A stretch of DNA of 64,000 bases from contig JAYWIR010000002.1 in NCBI GenBank assembly GCA_036172245.1, positions 6,448,001 through 6,512,000 of the forward strand. Direction: 5' to 3'. The stretch's first letter is position 1, and every line of letters begins with the position of its first letter. Under the pieces are notes generated by a model, which did no database searches, was not told the DNA's origin, and worked only from the letters and a program-made list of their open reading frames with translations. This DNA is from Raillietiella orientalis. Its lineage: Eukaryota. Positions 51,429-64,000 of the stretch are shown in pieces. A program made the position numbers and the translations under genes.

Positions 51429-54400
51429 TGAAGGCCTTTGCAATCTTCAAAAGCTTCATAGCTTATGCAGACCTTCTTGAACAGGAGCGAAGGACGCAAA
51501 GTACGAAGATCATCTTGAAAGGCATCTCGCCACAGTTCAAGCAAAGCACAAATGCCAAATGCCTTGAGGAAAATTGCATTACGGAAGCCAAATTTGTCGT
51601 TCTCTGACTTGTTGATTTCAGTCCAGCCTTCCGCTTTGTGTTCCTATCGTAGGTTCCCGTATCCCATTCGTGAAATGTGAGACGTGCTGTCTCGCAGATT
51701 CTCGTAAAATGGACACATTGATTGATCAAACTTCTTATTGGACCTAATCGAATTGAGTCCTGTGCGTTTTCTCTTCAATAGAAATTTAAGACTTCTTCCG
51801 ATGCAAGCTGAGTTCTTGTGATTCCTTTAAATGAAACTGGATGATTGCATCACTGATTCGCTTACTCACATCCTCTTCCTTTTTTTCTTTTTTTTTTTTT
51901 CTTGAAGCATTTCCATCTCCGAGTGTCTTCTATGTTCATCCGACCTCCCTTTACGTGCTGTTTTTTTTTTTTTTTTTTCTCTGCTCCCAATGAATGTAAA
52001 TGAAACTGGAATTTAGAAAAATGGATCGCATTCAGCCATCCATAATAATGGGAAAGATGAAAAGAGAAACTGGATCTCTTAACAGCTGCCTTCCGAAAAT
52101 GGTAGAGACGTTTGGACATGCGCTTCATCAAGGAGAGATTACTGTGAAGGAGGCAGCTATGAAGATGCTGCTTGTTCGCCGACTCAGAAGTAGGGCTAGG
52201 TGTCGGAACTTTCCTATCTCCGTTTTAAACCCAGAAGCAGCGCGCTGAATCTGTGAGCGTTCTGAGACGATCTGCACTGCCAGCAGCCTCTTTGGTATTT
52301 GTCCGTTTTGTTCTGAAGAAACTTCCCGTTTTCACTCCCTTCAACGAGTCCCGTCTTTTCAAACAGGTCAGTCTCGGAGACTTCATCAGCGCCTAGGGAA
52401 AAATCTTCTTCTCGAGGTCATGGTAACAAATTTCTCTATTTCTTTTTCGATCCTCATCGTCACGAATTACAGTGGCACCTCCGTACTCGACGGTGCCGGA
52501 ACTCGTCAAACTCACTACTTATCGCATTTATGACGAAAAACCAGTTTCGACACTCGGCTCATGCTCGGAACTGGACACTCCACTTTCATGATGAAGCAAG
52601 TCCTTGGTCTCATGGTAGCTCACAAATAGTGCCACCGAACACTTCCATGGAGTGCCTCCCGGATCGTTCCTTTTTTTTGCTGCCTGTGTGCATTTTGAAC
52701 GTTAATCACGAGTCCTACATTGCTTAAAAATGATATCACGAGGCCATAGAAAGGAACTCGTTCGGTACTCGTCGCGAATTCCGAAACGAATTGCCAACGA
52801 GTACCGAAGTACCACCGTATCTTCAACTGAATTGATGCAGATGCAAGGAAAATTCGGCTCGATTGATGAAGATATTGAGAAATCAAAGCTGTTTGTAATG
52901 AGATCTCTGATTTCCGAGACATCAGATGGAAAAAAGAGAAAAAGACGACCGACAAGAGCTCTTCGAAAGCGCCCCTTCGAACAACAGCTGCAAAATGCAA
53001 AAGAGCAAAAACAGCGGTTTTTCAATTCCATGCAGATTCCAAAATTTTCATTTGCCTTTGAGGGGATTCTATAAAACGACCAGACGTAATCCTTTGGTTA
53101 CTCGAGGTGCGGTCATCAAGATGGAAAAAAGCCACACGTCACGCATTTTGTGTAAATGTCGAATCGGAGGGGGTGGGAATTCACGCGCCACACTTCGTCT
53201 CCTGGAGGAATTCTGGGGTGGAATCGCACCGAGCAGAGAGAAAGAAGTCTCTGAAACCACGTAACTTTCCGAGCAACAGCCAACGGGAAACGAGACTGAG
53301 GTCACCTGCGAATCTTCGGCGGGTTCTTGGCCAAAAAAAAATCCGGATCATCATCGAAAGAGAGTTTCGTTCCTTCGCGCGGTCCCGGACTGCTGCACGT
53401 AGCGAGGGACATCCGTCAGCAACTCCTGTTTTGAAAAGATTAGGGGAAGATTGTGTACGAGCGATAGAAAGGAAAGGATACAAGAGCTGAGGAACAGTCC
53501 ATTACATGCAATTTATTTGAATTATTGTCTTAACATCGGACGTAACGACAGTATTTGGGAAGCGACAGCCTTCATCCCCAAAAAAGTCACACGGAGCAAT
53601 CCCATCTGTCCTGGATGCCCCGTCTCGAGCAGTGGACCCACACCGGGAGTAGCATAAAAAATTGAACACAGCGCGAGCCATGGAAGCGTCCCTTCCGAAC
53701 TTTCGCGCAGGCGCGATTCCGATGACGTCATCTCGACGAAAGCGTTCGCTTCATTTAGGGAAGAAAGCACGCGCATCCGGACTGCTCCCTTCCGAGGACC
53801 CTTCCAAGTTGACCCGCACCCTTGCAGGGTGCACGCCCCTACGGCGGATTCCGGACAGGATGGAATGATGCAATGCGAGGAGGTCTTCAATTCCGGAGGG
53901 AGGGGGGGGTCTGGCAGGCCTGCCCTGCTCCGGTTGGAGCTTTTCTTTGAAACGCGAGCCGAAGGACGAGGACAGATGAGGGACACACCGAGGGAAACTC
54001 GACCCCTGGCTCGCAAGGCCGTCAGACGAATGACCTCCCTCTCAAGAGGTCCCTTTTCCAGGTGGGCATCTGCGTGGCATTCCAAGGAGCAAAACCTTGT
54101 GGTTCCCTGTTCCAGGATGAAAGAACTTGCAGACTGAAAGAGGAAAAAGAGCCGGGCACCACTAGTAAGGGGCGTTGCGCTAATGATCCCGGAAGGACTC
54201 ACAGAAATGGACCATAGGGGGTGATCATGATATTCCAAACCGCCTGCCTGCGTAGAAAAAAAAAGAAAAAACAGACCTTCTGACAGCGGAGTCCGACTTT
54301 AGGGATCGAATGCTGCCCCGTAGCATTTTACTGCCTCCGGAGAGCACCCGCAGATGATGGTGGCCTGTGCCCGGCCAGGACGGAACCAGAGGAAACTCCG

Positions 54401-54446
54401 GTGGAGGTCTGTAGCTCTCCCAGACGTGCGAATCGGTCGCGAGAGC

Positions 54447-55932
54447 TGAGCGCTAGGCCCGCGTTGGCGACCTCGGGGCTGCGGCCTCCACGCGCGAAGG
54501 CGCCAGCCGTCGCAGGCTCGAATCCCTCCCTGGAGGGTCGGCGCAGAAAAGGGGGGTGCATCATAGGTTTCGGGTCCTTCCCCCCCCGTTCATGTGGAGG
54601 ACCCGTTGGCTCACGGACTTCCGGTGGGGCACCGATGGAAACAGGAAATCCTCGGATGATTCCCTTGACTGAACCCCGGAATTGGGAGTTGAGTCTCCGG
54701 AGTCCTTCTAGGAATCGAGGAGCTGCCTCTTCCCTTCGGGGTTCCCATCCGGTTGTGAAAGTGGGGTCGTCCCCTTCTTCACCCTCTCGACGGTCCTTTT
54801 CCTCGAGAGGGCGGCCCTCCATCGCGGACCGTGGATCTGGTTGATACCCTATTGGGGGATCGCCTCTCCAGAGTGTTAAGAAGCGCTCTTTAGAGAAATC
54901 GGGGAGCGTCCCTCCGGGTTCTCTTCAGAAGAGGAAATGAGGAGCGGTTCCCGTACACGTAGCCTCCGAAGAAAAAATTCCAGCAGCGGATCCTTTCCGG
55001 GATTGCCCCGGAGAACAAATGAGGAGCGGTCTCCTCCGGAGGATCTCTCCGGAGAGAATCAGGAAGAGGGCCCCTTCTGGATTCCCTGCCGAGGCAACGC
55101 GGACGGTTCTTCAACACTCGTCGACCCCTCCCCCCCCCAAAAGACTGGAAGAGAAGCAGCGCAGCAGAAGAACCCGAAAGGATTCCTGTCTATAAAACGA
55201 CCAGACGTAAAGTGTCCCTTAGAGTGATAAAACAATGGAGCCCTCCCTCTTGAATGGAGACAGTTGGCGTTGCTGAAGGTGCATGGTGGAATCCAGTGCA
55301 AAGCGCGCCTTCATCACTGGACACGGGGAGCGTGCATGCTCAGAGTGGGACAGATGAGGGAAGAAGGAAACCCTCCTGCACCTGCTGTGGAACTGTGTTG
55401 CCCTCTGACCCCTTTGGGATCGCCTCGCGGCGACCCTAGGATCCCGGGCGGGCGGCTCCTGGGACATTTTCAGACACCTCTTCGTGTGCGGTGCCACACT
55501 GCCGCCAGCCGTGTCCCTCGCAGTTCTCTGCTGCGCTTGCAGAATCGTGGCGGCCTGGAACACGGGGATAAGAGAGCCGGAATGGCAAGGACGCCATCCG
55601 CTGGGAGCGGGTCTTCCTGAGGATCGGCTCGTGGTGGAACCGCCTGGGCGCTGTACGAACAGAACTTGCCAGCATCCTGTACAGGATGCAAAGGACGTGA
55701 TCCTTTCCTCGATTCCCCTCATCCCAACATAATATTTCCCCTCCCCTGTTTTTGTGCGTTTGTATTTTGTTTTCTGTCTTTGTTTCCCCTCCCCCACGCC
55801 ACGTGAACATCGTTGGTCTGCGCACCGCTCTTTGGCAGGTTTCATGCACGTGGTAGGACCGGGTGTTCTACCACATTAATGTATTTCCATTGCTTTATGT
55901 AATAAATGCCCCGGCATAGCCGGGTGATGATC
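54447..55932 (+). mobile_element. Longest modular SINE-like copy (~1.5 kb): head, core, five ~40-bp subrepeats, LINE-derived CCHC tail with 3' stem-loop
   Basis: GGCTCGAATCC 54515-54525; subrepeats 54890-55090; FITGHG...KETLLHLLWNCVAL*PLWDR (55310-55425) and FLRIGSWWNRLGAVRTELASILYRM (to ~55688); hairpin 55850-55874; AATAAA at 55901. Confidence 0.75.
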
Positions 55933-58900
55933 ATCCATTTCCATCTCGAACCACTCGGAAGCTGGCTCCCTCCGAAGTCTCCCCCAGGATAGCTGGCTCT
56001 TGTCGAAGAGAAAGGGAAGAGGCGAGTCTCGTCCGGTTAAGCGAAAGATTGGCAGTACTTGGGGCCGAAACGACCCCGAACTGACCATTCCAAACTTTGA
56101 ATGGGTGAGGAGTGCGGCTTGCGTGAACGCGGAGGCCGTCGGTTTTCAGTAAAGGGAAGAAACGAGCTGGGATGCCCTGAGTATTCGTTTCCAGGAGAGA
56201 GAGCCATCCCGGACGCGTACGTGTGCGGCCGTAGTCGGACGAGGAGATTCGGAGCGCTCACGATTCGGGCGGGTGTCCAACGAGTCAGGAACCCACTTCG
56301 CACATGGCTTCCGCGAGTCCACCGCGCTCCTGGGTGCGAGCTGGAACGGGGTGCTAGAAATTTCGCGGAATTTCCGGGTCTGGGGTGGGAACCCACCCAC
56401 ACGCCATCTCGCCTCGTCGGAAAAGATCGACTGCATAGCGGGTGCAGCCTTTCCAGATTGCGGACTGAGCAGCCGTGGGGCCACTGGACCGGAACCTCAC
56501 CTCACGGGAGCACAAGAATGTCTACTCCAGAGCTGAGCCTTCGGCGCGGATGTCACACGACTAACAAAGCTGATGATGGCACTCCCGAACCTCGGCTTTC
56601 GCCCCCAGTTGGGGACTCACCAAACACCAGTTGCGAACCTCTTTGTGAGACGAGGTTGATGGTTGACTGGCGTGGCAGTCGTATGTTCGAAGACAGCGAA
56701 AACCAATGCTTTCTAAAACTTGAGGTCCATAAACGTCATCATCAAAAAGTTCCGAAAATCTCAGCGTTATTTCTAGAGTACCAGTCTTTCAGTCTGGGAC
56801 ATTTTTTTGTGTTCCTTTTTCTACGGAGCAAACTGGTTGTATCGCTTTTTACAGGAGAGGAATCATTTTGGCCTTCAACTCGTTGCGAGCATCTCAACCT
56901 GCAGGAGAACTTGCAGAAGAACTGCTTGTCTTTGGGTAGACTTCGAACCCGGTCCCTCCGTATTGCTTTCTGTCAGCAGCCGCTCTGAGTTTGCTTTTTG
57001 GTAGTCACTTGTGTAGAGAAGAAAACGGGCTCGAAACACGCCAATTCTGTTGTAAGGTTTAGTAGAATAAGCTAGCTTTATTAGAAAAATGGAACCATTT
57101 TGGTTTGTGTTGACGAATTCCACTTCACATCCGCCGTGAAAGCGGTGGCGTTGGTTAAACAAACAAAAGCTCGATGAAGCATTAATGAAAAGGACAAGAA
57201 CAGTGGAACTCCATCCTCCGTTTTCAAAGTACCCAACCCTCGCGGTGCAACAGTGAACCAGCTGCACACAAATAAACAGCATCCTCCCTGACGATACGGT
57301 TGCTTTATTCCTCTGCTCCACGAACAGTGGATGTGAAACCATACATACGACAGAGACATCCCTTGAGCTCACCATCAACGTAAATTATCCTCTTCTGCAT
57401 CCTCTTTTCTTCCTGGAACAAAAAGATAAAACGAAGCTGGAGTGATCCAAAATAAAATTCCCCGGACGCTGTTTTGATCTGCCCAATCTTCTTTTTTGAC
57501 GTAAGGTTGCATTCCTCGAATTTAATCTGACGGCAACCGACGTTTACAAACAAACATTTTGATGGTTCTCGTTCTTGTAGCTGCGACGATGGTCGTTTGA
57601 TTCCTCAGGATGGTCAGCTGAGGCGAGGCGAACTTTCTGATTGAAAAGCGCTTTCCTGGACTCACCCTGCACCTCCAATTCGTGCAGAAGAGCGATACTA
57701 CGAAAAGCTGCATTCCGGAATCGGGAATCACCTCTACGACGACTCACTTGAAGTGCCGTTTAACGGGAAGCGCCTCCCGAATTCGTGAGATGAACGGCAC
57801 TGACGAAGCACGGTGCCTGCGTGGAATCTTCGGAACAAATTTCTGCAGCCTGTTCCTGGAGAAGTAATTCGAAGACTCATTTAACTGAGGTCCCGTGACA
57901 GCTCGTAATTTGAAAAACGAACGCTCAACTGCAAAAAGATGAGCTGGGGAGAGCACGGGAGAGAACGGAAGAAGCAAATCGAAGGGAAATATTTGGAAAG
58001 TTGTTCTTTACTTCATAGATCTACTGAAGCAGGAATCCAGCGAGATTTAATGGGCAAAGCAGCTCTCGGCGGCATCGATTCGCATCCCACATGGCCCTGG
58101 CGACTGTCGTGAGAAACTCTTCTTCACCTTTTGCTTCCAGCGAAGCCCTGCTATCCGCCGAACCGAAAATTCCTAACCCTCGCTCGTTCGCCCGCTGGTA
58201 AGGGGTCACGCTTTGCATCTTCTCTTCCCGAGATTGGTGATGCTGAGTGAGAGTATTTTGGGAGCATGCCTTCCTTTTTGATGTTCGCTGTCCGCATTCC
58301 AGACGAGTTGGTTTCTCTGGTGAGCCAGCTTCCGCGGGATCCCGTCTCTTGACCTCCCTTGTTTTCGGACTTGAATCGTGTATCATCGAGCAATGACGCG
58401 TGATAAACAACTGCCCAGTTCGCCGAAAAACAGGGAAGACTGCCATCTCCAAAGAAAAGCGATCGCACTCCCTCTTGCTTTGAAGTCGCGGTTTCCGCAG
58501 GAATTTCCAGGATTTTCGGCTTCACGGAACCCAAGAAATGGTTTACTTCGTCCAAGATCTCGGAGCGCTCAAGACGCTCATAGCCGCGACAGGGAATCTT
58601 CCACGGATTTGTTTGAACCCGCGGAAGATCCCTTATTTCCAAAATTAGCTTTCTATGCAAAAAAAAAAAAGGAAAAAAAAAAACTGAGCATTCAAGGTTT
58701 CCTTCTTTTCCTATAATTGAGGGATTGGTGGTGCTGTAAGCTTGGCAAATTTCAACTTGCTGACCCCGGGACAGACTTTCGTTTTTCGAAACCTCTTTGG
58801 CTGAACATCGTCTGTGTCGAATTTTTCAGTTATGATTTCTGCTGCAGTTTCTGCTTCGGCTCGGTTCGATTCGCCCCTTGTCCCTTCTGCTTCCACCGGA

Positions 58901-61900
58901 ACAAATTCTCAAATGACGCGGATCTTCTCCCAACGTGCTTTAATAGTTTCCCACATGACCCCCTGCGCTGATCGTGACAACAAGATTTTCAAGACACTTG
59001 CTAATGATCCCTTCTTGTGTAACTTTTATCCACTACTGATCCACAGGCTCTTCCGTGAATGCGTCTCTGCCCAGCGTCTCAACGCATGTACCCATCCTAG
59101 ATACCCGGAACACCCTGAACAAATCTGCATGCGTGTCGAATGGATGTTTCCTTCTGATGCCGATCGCTCTTTACTTTACTGGTGCTTTTTTAGATAATGA
59201 ACTGAGTCCTTCATCGAGACGCCACGGGCACTTGGCGACTTTGCGTGCCTCTCCGTATTGGGGCGAGTTCTCGATTGACAGCCTTCATAGCAGGCAGCCC
59301 CTTGATAGCAGAGCAGTCCTTGTCCTCATCATCGCCAGTCTACTGCTCAGCCAGCAGTAGGCTGGTGGTGTCAGTCGAGTTTGGTTCTGACGACCCCGGT
59401 CGTCCCAGAGTTCCCATTTTCTCTGCGCTTTCGGGGAAGCAGTTTTGATGTTTATTTTAATTTATGAAGAGTTCGTGTGCGACTTGCTAGCAGCAGAATC
59501 ATCAGTAAATGAACGATGGCAATTCGAGGAAACTTCGAGATCAGTGAAGGTGTTTCCAAGCTACCTCCGCAAAACCTACTAGCTTTCGCAAGTATCCTGG
59601 AGACATCTACTTCCGCAAACCACCACAGATCAGAAATTTGCACGAACGAAACCAAATCTTGAGCTTAGCCAAACTTTCGAAATGAAGTGTCAGTTGCTTT
59701 GCTGCTAATTGCGCCTACAGGATGAAGAACTGTCGATTCCCTCTGCAAAAGACCTTCAGGCAGTGCCTGATTCCATTAATTCACATTACGAGATGCTTGT
59801 CGAATCAACCACGCTGAAAAAGTCCACACAGTGTTCCCGGCCCGCGCACCGGTTTCCCAGCAACGCAGTTCTCTCAAACGCTTCGAAAGGACGCGTTGGA
59901 GCTCCACGGGCATTTTCGATTCACGGAGGAAACTTCCCGAGAGCTGATGACACTGGGGGCGGAAGCAAACTTTGGAGGTGCCTCGAGCTTCTGTCTCGAT
60001 CTCACAATAACAGCACATGGAAGCGAGCATCTGGCCGTTAATGCAATTTCGAGGACCAGATTCGGAGTCTGAATAATCCATTGCTCATTTGCATGGTTGC
60101 TCCAACAGTATTGGAAAAAGCAATAACGACGTATCTCATGCTTCCTGCATGAGTACATGAATCATGTATTCCACAGAGGCATTGATGTAGTCGGTACGAC
60201 CATTGTGTACGAAGCAGTATGCTCTTAAAAGATCGTCCCCGAAAATGTGTTTCGACTCACACTGCGACCCGAATGTTTGTGTCGATCATTAAGGACACTC
60301 TGTATTATTTTGAGCTGGAGCTAAAGATGAATGAGCGAGTCTTGTAACAGCAGTTATTCGGTCTAACCTCAGCAGCGTCATCCGACGCAGCACGAGGAGC
60401 ATTTTTCTTTTTTTCTTAATGGGACTTGAAGGTTCAGATGAACCTCACCGCTTTCTCTAAACACGGAGATGGCCGCCTTTCTCTGTTCCCTGTTGGTGTC
60501 CCCTAACGGGTTCGAATTTTCCCAAGTAATGTTTGACTTGTAGACCTTGCACCGTCTTGCAGTACTCCCGAAAAGTGAGGCATAGTCGGTTTGAGCGTTT
60601 AAAGCACGGATTTATGGACCTCGTTTGGAGCATGCCTCGTTCTGATCAACTTGCGTTCTCATTTTCACTGGAAACACCGCCGTTTACGAGCTGCTTCTCA
60701 GGCAGGGAGTGAATATGTAAGAGGCTGCGGCCTTTGCCGTGCTGTGGCACTTTCCATTTGAAGGACGAGACAGAGATCTCGAGGATCAGGGAGCGAAGCA
60801 GGAATTCCTGCATCCGTCGCCATTAGACTAAAGGTTTCCTCTAAACACCGCACGATCCGATGGTTTTCAAGATGTTGAGAGCAAAGGAGGGAAGCTTTAT
60901 TCCATCAAACAATTCCGCGTCCTTGAAGCCTTAAGGACTACCTGTGCGCTCTCCATCAGTGGACTTGGCAACCGAACACTCGCAGAAAATGGGTAGACCT
61001 CGAGTATGTGTTTTCTTTTCTTTTCTAATTTTTATTTTTTCCCTTTTGTGCTTCGCTTCCCTGGAAGCTAAAAGCATTTTTGGTTGTTTCGTCTTGATGA
61101 TTTGATCATCCCATCAACTCGTATAAATTATCCTTCGGATAGACGCGGAAACCTCATCCTGCACCTGACCTGGCCGATGGGGCGCTGCAGCGCCTTCAAC
61201 AAGTCAGAATCCGGGAATCAAATTTGAACTGCGGAAATGAAAATTACTTGGGAATCAATCTGTCAGGAACTCTATTCACAAATACACGGGCCATGTATGA
61301 ACTGTATAAACTGTGTACTATTCATTTGTACTTGTCATCACATATGCTATATAAACAAATTGATGCTATCAGGGCAAATGATAGTTCCAATAATGTTTAA
61401 TGAGGTAGTGTCCATAAATCAGAGTTCAGTCCGTGCAGCGAGCGGGATAGACATGGAAACGGAAACGTAAAACACAATGATTAGAACTTTTGTTCATTTC
61501 CTTTTGGGCGTATTTTATTTCGTTTCTTGTTTGTTAACCTTTCGACAGCTGGTAACCGACCCGATTTTTCTAAATGATGTGGCTTTATTTGTGCTTGACG
61601 AGCGGGTTGCTTCAGTGATTGCCAAGACACAGCAATCCCCCTTCCCCCCGTTTCTAAGGTCAGGCAAGATCCCCGTTGATGTCCAGATTTCTGCGGTTTC
61701 CCATGTCTTTTGTTGCGGGATGCAGATGTCCACTTCGGATCAGTGGAGGAAAGCTAATACGGCGCCAATCACAATCACCGCACATTCACTGAACTTCCTT
61801 TCCGAGCTGCTCACGGTGCTGCGTTCTTTCGCCATTGTATCTTTTCGGTGAGCAGCACGATCCTGAGGGACTGTCATCCTCGAGGAGAGGGCTGGGCTTT

Positions 61901-64000
61901 CCAGCGGTTTTTTCGCGAGGGGCCCAGGCGTTTGTGTCTCCGTGGAGGCGCGCAGATTCCGTGAGAAAGGTATCGCAGGGGAGATCCCCCGTAGCCTCCC
62001 TTTTCCCATGGGGAAGAGCAGACCAGCGCACTCCACTACAAAATGGAATTCAGCAAGCTGCTTGGGAACTTTTCTGCAAGAGATGTTTCCATGCCGCCTT
62101 TCTCGATAACCGGAATCAAACCACCTCCTATGAACCCGCTTGCATCGAACGGGTCCTTGATCATTCCCACGTAACGGTTTTGCTCTTCTGGAGGATTTCA
62201 TGTGGGCCTGCTCTAAAAGAGGTGCTTTCAGTTATGCCTCGCTTCATCTAGAAGTATTCCTTGAAAGAATTATTGCCGCTCTCATCTGTGCTGCATATCA
62301 GGAACCTACTCGAGATAGGAAGACTTCGTCACACTCTGCGATTCGGTGGTTGCGGTGAACTGCTTGGGTTTTCCTTGGAAATCTAACAGATCTAACAGAT
62401 GAAGGATTATACGGAATGTCTTTTTGTACCCTTCAGACAGTCGCATCACTTTCTCCTACGAAATGAGCAGAATCGGATAGAGTGCCAGATCCGATTCTTT
62501 TTATTTCATTCCGTTTTATGCTTTTTATGCTTTTCTTAAAATTCCCGGTAAAGATCATCTTGCTTGCCAATTTCAAACTCATAGGGACACACGAGATCCA
62601 TCACTCGGAATGAAAAATTCAACGGTGGAGCCGCTCTCGTTAAAAATAATTTATAGCTTACAGCATCAAGTGACGATTGCTAACAGTGAGTGATTCTGGC
62701 ATCTGAGGGCTCTTTGTAGTCGTGCATCTTCTTATGCAAGCGTCCGCACCTCAGCTTGCCAGGCCTTCATCAAGATTTCGTCACCAGAAATATCAGGAGA
62801 GGCTTGGATCACTGTGCTGAATCGTCCACGTGCTTCGTGCTTGCATGCCGGGGACTCGAGGGCGGTCGGCAGGCTGAAAGTGCAGGCATTACAGGGAAAG
62901 AGCACGCAAGCGAACGGATGGAAGACCGGCAAAATCCATGGCAACGTCCCCCTTTTGAGCTGCGGATGCTTGTGACTCATCACGGGGTGGACTTCGAAGG
63001 TTTCGTATTGTGCGTGCCTAAATCAGGAAGACGAGGTCGAAGAACCACTCAACAATCTTCATGAAAAAATTCTCGCTTGGCTATAAGGATGCGCGCTACA
63101 AATCTCCGTATTCGAATTGGCCTCTCCTTGGTCCGCCGGTTTGTGCGTATCGAAATCCTGCATCAACGGGCGCTTGCCCTTTCCACGGTATCGATTTCGA
63201 GCGTTGGTTTTCAATGTTCACAGGCTCCACGGACGTCAACAGATCAATGAGGACCGTAGCGTAGGAAAACAACCCGAGACTTATCTGTGTACCCCATCCT
63301 CCCCGTACGTGGTAATCCACGGCAGTGGATACGTTGAGCGCACGGAGGCAGGGCATCTGTCGCCATGCAAGTCCCGGTGCACGGATTGCGCCTTCCCGGC
63401 TACCTGGATCGGAACGTGGAGGTCCGCGTCCGGGGTGAAAGCAGAAAGTCTCAGGAAGCGAAAACGGCAACCCGAGTTTTGACTGCGGCAAGCTCGGCAC
63501 TCGAACGATCAGTGTGTTTTGTGTACACTGCTGAGAAATGAGCGAACCGTCTGTGCCTGTCGGCGTCTGAAACCAGGGAAACGAACGCAGATTGGCACGT
63601 CTGCTTGAAGGAGCAGATGAAAACCAAGAGTGTCGTCTCGGACCGGTGAGGACCTGGGCACGCTTTCAGCTCCCAACCTTGCCCATGAGGGCGCGAATGC
63701 GGAGGTTTATCAGAAAGAAAGGCATCGGAGGAAGCAAGGAAGCAACGGCTCCTCGGAGATCATCGCTGTGCGTGCAAAGCACCGAAAGATGCGATCCGGA
63801 AGAAGGTTGCAACATCCGTTGCAACTCAGGGCTTATTGAGACACGCTTTGACTTTTTCGTTGAGCTCCTTGGAATGAGCAGCTTCTCTCGAATGACGTCC
63901 GTGCTCTCAGATGACTTGGCTGATCTTCTTTAAAATGTAACTGCTCAGCCGTTGGTTCATGTACAACTCATAGAGCGATATAAATGCTGCTCTTAATAAC

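Noticed and set aside
54890..55090. CRISPR array from the ~40-bp periodic units (also 21921-22110, 33830-34050)
   Set aside because: Units are contiguous and degenerate with no unique spacers, no cas genes, and a eukaryotic context; this is a minisatellite.
56101..56988. Longest ORF (295 aa)
   Set aside because: No recognisable motif, heterogeneous composition and no splice or homology support; similar for 16764-17552 and 53522-54238.
1..64000. The hundreds of 60-300 aa ORFs in the ORF track as genes
   Set aside because: They overlap in all frames, are rich in R/S/P/G as expected for random GC-balanced DNA, and show no operon structure or recognisable domains beyond those listed.

Overview
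This window looks like eukaryotic, most likely arthropod, genomic DNA. It is gene-poor, of roughly balanced GC with a few AT-rich islands, and full of old diverged repeats; almost all of the ORF track looks like noise. Supported content: (1) two spliceable exons of a two-Ig-domain Dpr/zig-type cell-surface protein (5148-5309 and 7305-7518, +), with the linking exon(s) only visible in degenerate form; (2) a frameshifted, stop-containing Shal/Kv4 potassium-channel relic (~28540-29490, +); (3) a dispersed modular SINE-like family (tRNA-like head with two B-box-like motifs, core, ~40-bp minisatellite, optional LINE-derived CCHC tail, terminal module) in at least five copies; (4) further decayed non-LTR retrotransposon pieces; (5) a pair of paralogous units whose central ~315 bp is flipped; (6) a near-perfect 63-nt hairpin, a polypyrimidine tract and AT/TA microsatellite islands. 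I found no prokaryotic genes, CRISPR array, rRNA or complete tRNA. I cannot support a new biological system outright; the best leads are the modular retroposon family and the flipped segment. All alignments and identities were done by eye.
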